Part shown: positions 30,969-39,561 of the stretch, one piece after another
Layout: each line of letters begins with the position of its first letter
Numbering within the stretch: the stretch's first letter is position 1
From: Candidatus Latescibacterota bacterium
GTDB taxonomy: Bacteria > Latescibacterota > UBA2968 > UBA8231
Reading direction: 5' to 3'
Assembly (NCBI GenBank): GCA_965223905.1
Contig: CBDCXV010000001.1
Location: 1,600,001-1,664,000 of the forward strand
Length of the DNA: 64,000 bases
Made by a program: the position numbers and the translations under genes
Notes under the pieces: generated by a model
Databases searched by the model: none
What the model was told of the DNA's origin: nothing
The model's input: the letters and a program-made list of their open reading frames with translations, nothing else

Positions 30969-31548
30969 GTTCCACCTCGGCCTTCAGGCCGGTCATCTGT
31001 TCGGCGACGTCGAAAGAGGGCAAGGCCGCCAACCGGTCTACCTCGTCCCAATCGACCGGCGTCCGCCCCGCGAGACAGACCGCGAGCAGCTTCCTCGCCG
31101 CATCGCGCGCCTCGCTGTCGCTCGCTGGATAGAACGCCGAAAGCACCCGCTCCACGAGAACCTGCTCCACGGGAATGATCGATATCCTCCCACAGGGTGT
31201 GTCGATCTCACGACACGCCGTGCGCGCTTCGTTTTCCAGCAAACCGAGTAGATCGACATACAGGTCGCCGACCAGCCAGCTTCGGGGGCCGCCCGTCGCC
31301 TTCAACTTGCCCATGAGATCCTGCGCCTGGCGCAGCGGTACCGGTTGCGGATTCAGACGGCAGAAATCGATATCGCCGGACATGTATGCCCCTTCCGTGT
31401 AGAACTCGACGGCGGAGCCGCCGACGACGACGAGTTCCCAGCCGGCTTCCCGGAAAACACCGGTTACGAGCCCGGCGAGCTTCAGGGCTTTCTCGAGCAG
31501 GTCTTCGGTAGCCTGAATATCCTGCAGGGCTGAATCTATCGAGTCCAT
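30955..31548 (-). CDS. Nucleotidyltransferase-fold (DUF6036-like) protein
   Basis: VVVGGSAVEFY...SGDIDF minimal NTase motif. Confidence 0.65.
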   Translation of the reverse strand: MDSIDSALQDIQATEDLLEKALKLAGLVTGVFREAGWELVVVGGSAVEFYTEGAYMSGDIDFCRLNPQPVPLRQAQDLMGKLKATGGPRSWLVGDLYVDLLGLLENEARTACREIDTPCGRISIIPVEQVLVERVLSAFYPASDSEARDAARKLLAVCLAGRTPVDWDEVDRLAALPSFDVAEQMTGLKAEVERELD

Positions 31549-31603
31549 ACTGACAAGGGTACCGGCGGCAGCGGACGCCGGCAACGCGCTTGGAGTACCA
31601 AGG

Positions 31604-31655
31604 GCTGCCGGTCCCGAAGCGCGCGATCGAGGAGTACCTGAAGACGCGGACCTGA
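31604..31655 (+). repeat. Degenerate copy of the last ~55 bp of the RraA gene
   Basis: GCTGCCGGTCCCGAAGCGCGCGATCGAGGAGTACCTGAAGACGCGGACCTGA vs 28275 GCTGCCGGTCCCCAAGAGCGCGATCCAGGAGTACCTGAAGACAAGGACCTGGTGA. Confidence 0.85.
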
Positions 31656-31729
31656 TGGAAGAGTGCGGATGAAGATGGAGCGGCTGGCCCATTCCATCGG
31701 CCAGACAGGCTTTGGCGAGAAGGCGGCTC

Positions 31730-33553
31730 TCAAGCTCTGGAACACGGGTCGCCGCCCGCCTCCGCGCGGCCGCCCGCCTCCGCGCGGCCGCCCGCCTCCG
31801 CGCCGGCGTCCACCTCCTCCCAGGCGACCAGCTCCCAGCCGTGAAACACCATGGCCAGGCCGACGTGGCGCACTGACGGGTAGCGGCGCCGCAAGCCCGG
31901 ATCCGCCAGGTAGCCGCGCACCTGCTGCTCCGCCTCCTGCATCTTCGCCGCCACCAATGAGTCGTCGAGGGACTCGCCCCGCTTCAGATACTTGAGTTCC
32001 ACCACGTAGCCGTACCGCAGATCGGGGTACTGGGCGACGAACGGCTCCAGGTAGAGATCGGCGTACCCTTTGTTCAGCTCGTACTCCGAGTGCAGCAGAA
32101 ACTGGTTCACCATGCTGAAGTGGGCTGCCACGAACCCGTGGATAACCTTCTCGCCGTCGAGGTAGTCGCGAATTCCCGTCTGCTCGACGAGGGCGGCGCG
32201 CAGGAAGTCGAGGGCCGGCCGCCAGGCGCCTTCGTAGGCCATCTTCCGCACCAGGCCGGAGAAGGTGTGGACATCGAGGGAGAACATGCCCACGTCATCG
32301 TAGGCATCGCGCAGGTACCCGTACATCAGGCGCTTGACCGTCTGGTTGGGAATGCCCAGCCGGGACACCCCGTGCACCACCTCGCGAATGCTGAGCAGAC
32401 CGAAGTAGAACAGCAGCGACAGGAAGTTCTCGCGCCGGTCGAGCCGGTCCAGGGGGAAGCTGACCTGGATGTCGCTGTCGGTTACTTCCTCGGCGATAAT
32501 GTGGCGCAGCAGGTCGAAGTTGCCGTTGAGCTGCCGGTTGACCGTCAGCAGGTGGCGCAGCTTGCCGTAGTCGATGCGCACGTTGCTGTCGATCAACTCC
32601 CGCGGCGCCCCCTTGTTCGGCATGGACTCATCGAGGAAATAGAGGACCATGTCGGTGTTGTAGAGGTCCCCCTCGACCTCCTCGGAAAACCGGTAGCCGT
32701 TGTACCACTCCCGCATCACCTCCAGGGCGGCTTCGACCTCCTGGTTGAACACCCCGTGGTCCCGGTATATCTCCAGCAGGCCCCGCACCTCCTCTTCGGT
32801 GAAGCCCAGCATATCGTTGAACTCCGGCCGCAAGCTGATGTTCTTGCCGATGTTGAAGCCGCTGGTGACGTCGTCCATCGTGATCGGCGACACCCCGGTG
32901 ATGAACAGCCGCTCCAGGCCGCCGCGGCTCTTCTCGGCCCCGGCCTTGAGGGTGGCGAAGAAATTGCGGTAGAAGCCGCCGCCGTGAGTGAAGGACTGGT
33001 ACGCCTCGGCTCCGTGATAGGCCAGCACGGTGTTGGCGAAGTTGTCGTACTCGTCGATGAGCACGTACAGCCGGATGCCGTGATCGCCAGCGTACAGGAA
33101 CAGCTCGTTGAGCTGGCCGTTGACCGAACTCGACGATCGGATGTGACGCCGCGCCGCCTCGGGAAACAGGTCCGCATTCCGCTCCAGCGCGTGCCGGACC
33201 ACCAGTTGACAATACTCTTCGAAGTAGTGATCGAGGGTGTCCAGGGCGTTCTTGAACGCCGAAAAGTTGAAGCGCAGGATGACGTAGCGATGGCGGTTTT
33301 CGGTGGGATGCCGCCCGATGTCGGTGCCGCCGAAGACGGCCTCGAATTCATCGGCTCCCATGCGGTCGTAGTAATTTTCCAGCAGGGAGACCCAGCAGGT
33401 CTTGCCCATGCGACGGGGGCGAATCAGAAAGGCGTAGCGTTCCTCTTCGAGGGAGTGAAGGAAGCGGGTCTTGTCGACGTAGAGGCGCTGCTCAAGGCGG
33501 ATGGCACGGAAGTCCGCCCAACCGTAAGGAATACGGGGCCAGGTTGCAGACAT
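31730..33553 (-). CDS. AAA-ATPase-like + PD-(D/E)XK (PDDEXK_9-type) protein
   Basis: IPYG.ADF...YVDKT, RPRRMGKT, LIDEYD, FITGVSP, WYNGY, GYADL...VELKY. Confidence 0.88.
   Translation of the reverse strand: MSATWPRIPYGWADFRAIRLEQRLYVDKTRFLHSLEEERYAFLIRPRRMGKTCWVSLLENYYDRMGADEFEAVFGGTDIGRHPTENRHRYVILRFNFSAFKNALDTLDHYFEEYCQLVVRHALERNADLFPEAARRHIRSSSSVNGQLNELFLYAGDHGIRLYVLIDEYDNFANTVLAYHGAEAYQSFTHGGGFYRNFFATLKAGAEKSRGGLERLFITGVSPITMDDVTSGFNIGKNISLRPEFNDMLGFTEEEVRGLLEIYRDHGVFNQEVEAALEVMREWYNGYRFSEEVEGDLYNTDMVLYFLDESMPNKGAPRELIDSNVRIDYGKLRHLLTVNRQLNGNFDLLRHIIAEEVTDSDIQVSFPLDRLDRRENFLSLLFYFGLLSIREVVHGVSRLGIPNQTVKRLMYGYLRDAYDDVGMFSLDVHTFSGLVRKMAYEGAWRPALDFLRAALVEQTGIRDYLDGEKVIHGFVAAHFSMVNQFLLHSEYELNKGYADLYLEPFVAQYPDLRYGYVVELKYLKRGESLDDSLVAAKMQEAEQQVRGYLADPGLRRRYPSVRHVGLAMVFHGWELVAWEEVDAGAEAGGRAEAGGRAEAGGDPCSRA
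31751..31803. repeat. 3x18-bp tandem repeat encoding an (R)AEAGG tail
   Basis: GCCGCCCGCCTCCGCGCG x3. Confidence 0.85.
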
Positions 33554-33895
33554 GGCGACTCCTTGAACCTTCAGGACGGGCTTTTCAGCCTTGAGAACTC
33601 CATGCCCGCCTGTTTCAAGTCAAAGCTTCAGCAGAATCGTGGGGTGGTTTCCCTTGGTGAAGGCTTGCCTGAAATATAGACGGCACTTGAAGGCGGGGAA
33701 ATTTCCGAGCCGGCCCGGTAGCCCCGCGGTCCCCGCGCCCCATGGGGCCGGAAGGCAGTCTTTGAAGATGCCAGTTCGAGAAGACAAAAGGAGACAACCC
33801 GACCGTTTTTCCCGGACGACTGACAGCCGGCACCGGCATCGCGTTATTATAGGAACTCTTCTGAACCCCCTTGAATAACAACCGGAGGACCTGAC

Positions 33896-35803
33896 TTGGA
33901 AACGATCCGCGCCACCGTGCCGGTGACCCGGCCCCCTTCCTGGGCGGTGCAGCAGCGCCACCTGATGGCGGCGATGAAGGAGGGCGTCCACCCCTTCGTC
34001 GACCGCTACGTGCGCGACAACGGCGAGTTCATCTGGGACGACGCCTGGGGCGGCGGCAGCCCGGACGACTACTACGAGCCGTACTTCAACTGGCCCCTGC
34101 TCTACCTGATGGGGGGCGGTTCCCACCTGCTCGACCTCGCCCATCGGGGCTGGGAGGGAGTGACGCGGCAGCTGACCCGCTGCGGCACGGTTCACGACGA
34201 GTACCACAAGGCCGAGGACGTCTTCCACATTTCCGAGAGCGACGTCTTCTTCTACCACCTCTGCCTCGCCGATCCGGCCAACGGCAGCCTGCGCCTCAGG
34301 GCGCGCAAGTTCGCCGGCTTCTACACCGGCGACGACCCGGCGGTCAGGAACTACGACCCGGAGAAGCGGATCATCCTGTCGCCGATCAACGGCTCCGGGG
34401 GGCCGAGCTACCGCGACGATTCCCAGCGCGATTCCCTGCACCGCGGCAGCGAGCGCTACGGCATTCCGTTCTACGACCTGCCCGGCATCTCCTCCTGGAG
34501 GGACACCGAGGAGGACGCCAAGGCGCTGGAGATGGGCCGCGCCGCTCACGACCGCTGGGCCAGGGGGGACGTCATCCACAACCTCGCCCAGACCACCCTG
34601 GCGACCAACGCTTTTCTGCTGACCGGCGAGGAGAGGTACCGCGACTGGGCCATCGAGTACACCGACGCCTGGTTGGAGCGCGCCCGGGCCAACGACTGGA
34701 TGATCCCCGACAACGTCGGCCACTCCGGCGCCGTCGGGGAGTACATCGGCGGCAAGTGGTACGGCGGCCTCTACGGATGGACCTTCCCGCACGGCTGGTA
34801 CAACATCCAGATGGCCCTGCTCGCGGCCGCGGGCAACGCCCTCCTGCTCACCGGCGACGACGCCTGGCTGGAGCTGCCGCGGCGCCAGCAGGACCGCATC
34901 TTCGAGCTGGGGGAGCAGCGCGACGCGCGCGGCGAGCTCATGAGCCTCGACCATCACTGGTTCGGCCAGTTCACCGCCATGGGGGAGCGCGGCGAAACCT
35001 TCCTCGTCCCCTACCGCTACGGCGACGCCGGCTGGTTCGACTGGCAGCCGCTGTCGCCGGTCTTCCCCGCGGCCTTGTGGAACCTGTCGATGGCCGACGG
35101 CGACTGGGAGCGGATCGAGCAGGTGCGCACCAGGGAGGCGTACGACTGGAGGGAGGTGGTCTGCTTCCACAACAAGGAGGACACCGGCCACGAGCAGCCC
35201 TGGCTGCGCTTCCTCGCCGGGGACAATCCCGATTTCCCCGAGCGCATGCTGCAGGCAGCCCACCAGGAAGTCACCCGCCGTCTCGCCCTGGTGCGCGGCG
35301 AGACCGAGGTCGGCACGCGCCACAACATCCACCTGTGGCAGGAGGTCAACCCGGTCAGCTCCGAGGCCCTGATCCAGCAGACCCTCGGGGCGCCGCAGCC
35401 GATCTACAACGGCGGCCTCCTGCACGCGCGCCTGCGTTACTACGATGCCCGCGCCCGCGGCCCCGGCCTGCCCCCCGACGTCGCCGCCCTGGTGACGAAG
35501 CTCGAGGCCGGGCGGACCGTGGTCCGGCTGGTCAACCTGAACTCCAACGCCGGCCGCGAGCTGGTGATCCAGGCCGGCGCCTACGGCGAGCACCGCTTCT
35601 CGGGGGCGCAGTACACCGCCCTGGACAGCGACTACCCCGGCCCCGCAACCGACTACGCAGGGCAACCAGTGACCGAAGAGACGCGCACCGCGGACTTCGC
35701 CGGCAGGTACCTCGGAGTGGAGCTGCCTCCGGGAACCGAGATCACCATCGACCTCGCCACCGACCGCTACGCCGGCAAGCCCTCCTGCGCGAGCCTCTAC
35801 TGA
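33896..35803 (+). CDS. Conserved hypothetical ~635-aa protein (paralog A, Trp/Asp-rich, probable helical toroid enzyme)
   Basis: High GC3, GGAGG RBS with TTG start; motifs shared with paralog B. Confidence 0.8.
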   Translation: METIRATVPVTRPPSWAVQQRHLMAAMKEGVHPFVDRYVRDNGEFIWDDAWGGGSPDDYYEPYFNWPLLYLMGGGSHLLDLAHRGWEGVTRQLTRCGTVHDEYHKAEDVFHISESDVFFYHLCLADPANGSLRLRARKFAGFYTGDDPAVRNYDPEKRIILSPINGSGGPSYRDDSQRDSLHRGSERYGIPFYDLPGISSWRDTEEDAKALEMGRAAHDRWARGDVIHNLAQTTLATNAFLLTGEERYRDWAIEYTDAWLERARANDWMIPDNVGHSGAVGEYIGGKWYGGLYGWTFPHGWYNIQMALLAAAGNALLLTGDDAWLELPRRQQDRIFELGEQRDARGELMSLDHHWFGQFTAMGERGETFLVPYRYGDAGWFDWQPLSPVFPAALWNLSMADGDWERIEQVRTREAYDWREVVCFHNKEDTGHEQPWLRFLAGDNPDFPERMLQAAHQEVTRRLALVRGETEVGTRHNIHLWQEVNPVSSEALIQQTLGAPQPIYNGGLLHARLRYYDARARGPGLPPDVAALVTKLEAGRTVVRLVNLNSNAGRELVIQAGAYGEHRFSGAQYTALDSDYPGPATDYAGQPVTEETRTADFAGRYLGVELPPGTEITIDLATDRYAGKPSCASLY

Positions 35804-35884
35804 GGACGGGGGCGGCCTCGACGGAACGACCCGCCGAACGGGATCGGCCCGGAAGGCGCCGGCGCTTCATCCAATGAGGAATCC

Positions 35885-37831
35885 ATGCCCAACGACACCT
35901 TGATCACCGCCGACCTGCCTGCGGTCTCGCAGCCGAACTGGGCGCTCTGGGAGCGCGCGCTGTTCGACGCCATGGACGAGTCCGTCTTCCCCTACCTCGA
36001 GCACTTCACCCGCGACGACGGCGAGTTCATCTGGGAGGACGAGTGGGGCGGCGGCAGCCACGACGACTTCTACGAGCCGTTCTTCAACTGGCCAACCCTC
36101 TACCTGATGGGAGGGGGCGACCACCTGCTGGGCCTCGCCCACCGCCAGTGGAACGCCGTCACCCGGCAGCTGTCCCGGCTCGGCACCGTGTACAAGGAGT
36201 ACGGCCTCGACGCCGACAACATGCACCAGTCGGAGTGCGACATCGCCTTCTACAACCTCTGCATAGCCGACCCCCTGAACCCGATCAACGAGGTGCGCGC
36301 CCGCCGCTTCGCCGGCTTCTATCTCAACGAGGACCCCGAGGCGATCAACTACGACCCGGAGCTCAAGCTCCTCTTCAACGGCCACCACGGCAGCCGGGGG
36401 CCGCACTACCGCCCCCTGTCCGAGCGCGAGAACGCCAGCTACAGCCCGCTCGGCGGCAGCATGGAGCGCTACAGCCTGCCGTTTTTCGACCTGCCCGGAA
36501 TCGAAAGCGTCCAGGACCTCGCCGACCCGGCCAAGGCCAGGGCCATGGGACAGGCCCTGTTCGACCGCTGGTACAAGGGGGACACGCCGGTCAACCTGTC
36601 GCTGACCTCGCTGATGACGAACGCCTTCCTGCTCACCGGGGAGGAGAAGTACCGCGACTGGGTGGTCGAGTACACCGGCGCCTGGCACCGGCGCGCCCGC
36701 GACAACGGCGGCCTGCTGCCCGACCAGGTCGGCCACAGCGGCCAGGTCGGAGAATACCTCGGGGGCAAGTGGTACGGCGGCGCCATGGGCTGGACCTTCC
36801 CGCACGGCTTCCTGACCATGCAGTTCGCCGTCCTCGACGCCGTCGCCAACGCCCTGCTGATCACCGGCGACCGCGGCTGGCTCGACCTCGCCCGCGTGCA
36901 GCAGGAGCGCATCCTCGACATGGGGGAGATGCGCGAGATCCGGCGCGGGGAGATGAGCGTCAGCGAGCGCTGGGTGGAGCAGTTCGACGCCCTCGAGCCG
37001 GGGCAGAAGACCCTGCTGGTCCCCTACCGCTACGGCGACGCCGGCTGGTTCGACTGGCAGCCGATGCTGTCCGTCTACCCGGTGACCCTGTGGTACCTGT
37101 CGATGGAGGAGCGGGACTGGCAGAGCGTCGAGCGGGTGCGCGAGGGGGACGTCCACGACTGGAACTCGGTGTTCGCCTTCCACAACAAGGAGGACTCCGG
37201 CCACGAGCAGCCCTGGGTGCGCTACCTGGCCGGGGCCAACCCCGACTTCCCGGAGCGCATGCTGCACGCCACCCACCAGATCGTCAACCGCCGCAACACC
37301 CTGGTGCGCGAGGACGAGGACGTCGGCACGCGCTTCCATATCCACCAGTGGCAGTGGGGCAACCCGCTGTCGTCGGAGGCGCTGATCCAGCTGACCCTGG
37401 GCGGGCCGCAGCCTATCTACAACGGCGGCCTGCTGCACGCCCGGGTGCGCTACTACGACTGCGAGCGCCGGCGGCCGGGGCTGCCCGAAGAGGTCGGCGC
37501 CCTGGTGGAGAAGCTCGAAGCCGGCCGCACCGTCGTGCGCCTGGTGAACCTGAACACCGTCGAACCGCGCCGCCTCGTCATCCAGGCCGGGGCTTTCGGC
37601 GAGCACCGTTTCGGAAAGGCCACGTTCAGCGGCCGCAGCAGCGACTGGCCGGGCGAGCTGGGGGGCTACGCCGGCACCTACGCGCCGCCGCCGCTGCAGG
37701 CCGAGGAGCGCAGCGTCGAAGTAGGGGGGTCACACCTGACCGTCGAGCTTCCCCCCGGCATGGAGATCCGCCTCGACCTCGAGACCGAGCGCTACGTCAA
37801 CCAGCCCTCATACCACAACGGGCCTTTCTAG
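35885..37831 (+). CDS. Conserved hypothetical ~648-aa protein (paralog B)
   Basis: DDFYEPFFNWP, GKWYGG..GWTFPHG, FHNKEDSGHEQPW shared with paralog A. Confidence 0.8.
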   Translation: MPNDTLITADLPAVSQPNWALWERALFDAMDESVFPYLEHFTRDDGEFIWEDEWGGGSHDDFYEPFFNWPTLYLMGGGDHLLGLAHRQWNAVTRQLSRLGTVYKEYGLDADNMHQSECDIAFYNLCIADPLNPINEVRARRFAGFYLNEDPEAINYDPELKLLFNGHHGSRGPHYRPLSERENASYSPLGGSMERYSLPFFDLPGIESVQDLADPAKARAMGQALFDRWYKGDTPVNLSLTSLMTNAFLLTGEEKYRDWVVEYTGAWHRRARDNGGLLPDQVGHSGQVGEYLGGKWYGGAMGWTFPHGFLTMQFAVLDAVANALLITGDRGWLDLARVQQERILDMGEMREIRRGEMSVSERWVEQFDALEPGQKTLLVPYRYGDAGWFDWQPMLSVYPVTLWYLSMEERDWQSVERVREGDVHDWNSVFAFHNKEDSGHEQPWVRYLAGANPDFPERMLHATHQIVNRRNTLVREDEDVGTRFHIHQWQWGNPLSSEALIQLTLGGPQPIYNGGLLHARVRYYDCERRRPGLPEEVGALVEKLEAGRTVVRLVNLNTVEPRRLVIQAGAFGEHRFGKATFSGRSSDWPGELGGYAGTYAPPPLQAEERSVEVGGSHLTVELPPGMEIRLDLETERYVNQPSYHNGPF

Positions 37832-37978
37832 TTTTCGCCATATCCGGGTATTCCATCACGGAAGGCAATGGTCTCACGAGATGCTCGATCTGGTCTGGAT
37901 ACAGGACAGAATCAGAACGGGTCAGTACTACGTTTCGAAACATGGCGATCAGGAAAGACAGAACGACAACCTGTCTCT

Positions 37979-38062
37979 CGAGACGGTGTTCTGGCGCTTG
38001 TGATACGGGCTAACGCTGCACACAGGCATGCCCCTCCAGCACCGACCTCACCGCCTTGTAGA
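37979..38062 (-). mobile_element. IS256 transposase remnant, distal half
   Basis: YKAVRSVLEGHACVQR..PYHKRQNTV (QRCxxHK motif), continues the fragment at 44606. Confidence 0.7.
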
Positions 38063-38178
38063 CCCTAACGTTGCATAAATCTGTTTGAAGCGGTGGTTGT
38101 GATCAGGCGGCTTCCTTCAGGATTTCGAGGAAATGCAACAGATCTTTTTCGACTTTTGGATTGGAGTTCAAGGTCAGG
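38063..38178 (-). mobile_element. IS1380 terminal remnant (inverted repeat + transposase 3' end)
   Basis: Nearly identical to 43056-43172 (CCCTAACGTTGCATAAA...; LTLNSNPKVEKDLLHFLEILKEAA*). Confidence 0.9.
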
Positions 38179-39561
38179 CTGGACTTTTGCAAAAGGCAGA
38201 ATTCCTGGGATAATCGGTCAAGGATAGAGGGTAGCGCGAACTCGATGGAACTTGGTATGTTTGGTAGGACGAAGGCATCCCCCGCCTTCGTTTCCCCTGG
38301 CCATGAGAGAGGTTGTTCATGCCAGGTATTGTTGATTTTCCCACGGTGGTTGAAGACGCGGTGGCCGAGTTCGGCGGCCTCTTCGCCAACGCCCCGGAGC
38401 GCCGTCACTTTGGCGAGTATCTGACCGGGTTGATGGTGGCCGAACGCAAAAATGTATCGGCGATCAACGCCGAGTTCGTCGAGACCACCGATCAGTCCTG
38501 CCTGAACCGCTGGATTACGCAGGTGCGATGGGACGGGAAATGGCTCAACGAACATCGCCTGGAATGGTTGCAGGAGCGTCCCTCGACGCGCTATTCGGGG
38601 CGCGGGGTGATCGCCATCGACAACACCTTGGTCGGCCACAGCGGAGAAAAGATCGAGGACGTGGGTTGGTTTTGGGATCACTCCGACCAGCGCCATAGGA
38701 TTGCCCACGACTACGTCATCGCCAACTACGTGTGCACCTCGGGGAAATACTATCCGATGGAATTCCTGTCGCTTTCGCAAGCGCCGGGAAGGGGAGACGG
38801 ACACCTCCTTCAAGAGCCATACCGAGCTGTTCAAAGAGCTCGTGGACTGGGTCGTGTTCCGCCAGATCCCGGGCGATTTCGCCTTCGACTGCTACTTCAG
38901 CAGTGTCGAGTGTCTCGATCACCTCCATAGTCATGAGCGCGGCTACGTAGGGGCCCTGAAGAGCAACCGCAAGGTCGAGTTCAAGGGCGGCCTGATGAAG
39001 GCCGCCGAAGTGGCTGCGAAGATCCCACCCGAGGATCGCAAACAGGTCAGCATCGGCAAGCGCAAACAATGGTATTTCACCAAAACCCTGAGTCTGCCCA
39101 AGCTCGAGCACCGGGTTCGCCTGGTGATCCTGTGGGATCGCAAGAACGGCAGGGAAGCGGTCAAGTTTCTACTGACCCATCGCGTGCACTGGGAGATCAG
39201 TCGTATTCTGAACGTCTATCGCAAACGCTGGACGGGCACCGAGACTTTCATCGGGACGGCAAGCACCATCTGGGCATGGGAGACGGTCAGTTACGCAGCG
39301 GCGAGGGCCAGACTCGGCATAGGTACCTCGTGATGCTGACGCACAGTCTGCTCATGGCACGGAGGCGGCAGGGCCGTGCGCGTGACTGGGCTCATAGCGT
39401 GCTGACGACCATTGGCGAGGCCTGTCGAGCCGTGTCGCGAGAAACGCTCAGTAAAACCATCACCTGGGCGGTCGAACAGGCCATAACAGTAGGGTGGACG
39501 CAGGAGAGAATCGTCACACACCTAAAACTTGTGTAAAAAAGCGGAGTTTGCAAAAGTCCAG
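38179..39561 (+). mobile_element. IS701-family IS, frameshifted transposase; no TSD (adjacent deletion)
   Basis: Inverted repeats CTGGACTTTTGCAAA / TTTGCAAAAGTCCAG; YLTGLM...KNVS.I, IAIDNT, AFDCYF, YRKRW..E..HRDGKHHLG. Confidence 0.8.

Noticed and set aside
28330-31603. Integron cassette array
   Set aside because: No intI and no recurring attC-like RYYYAAC...GTTRRRY palindromes identified between the genes
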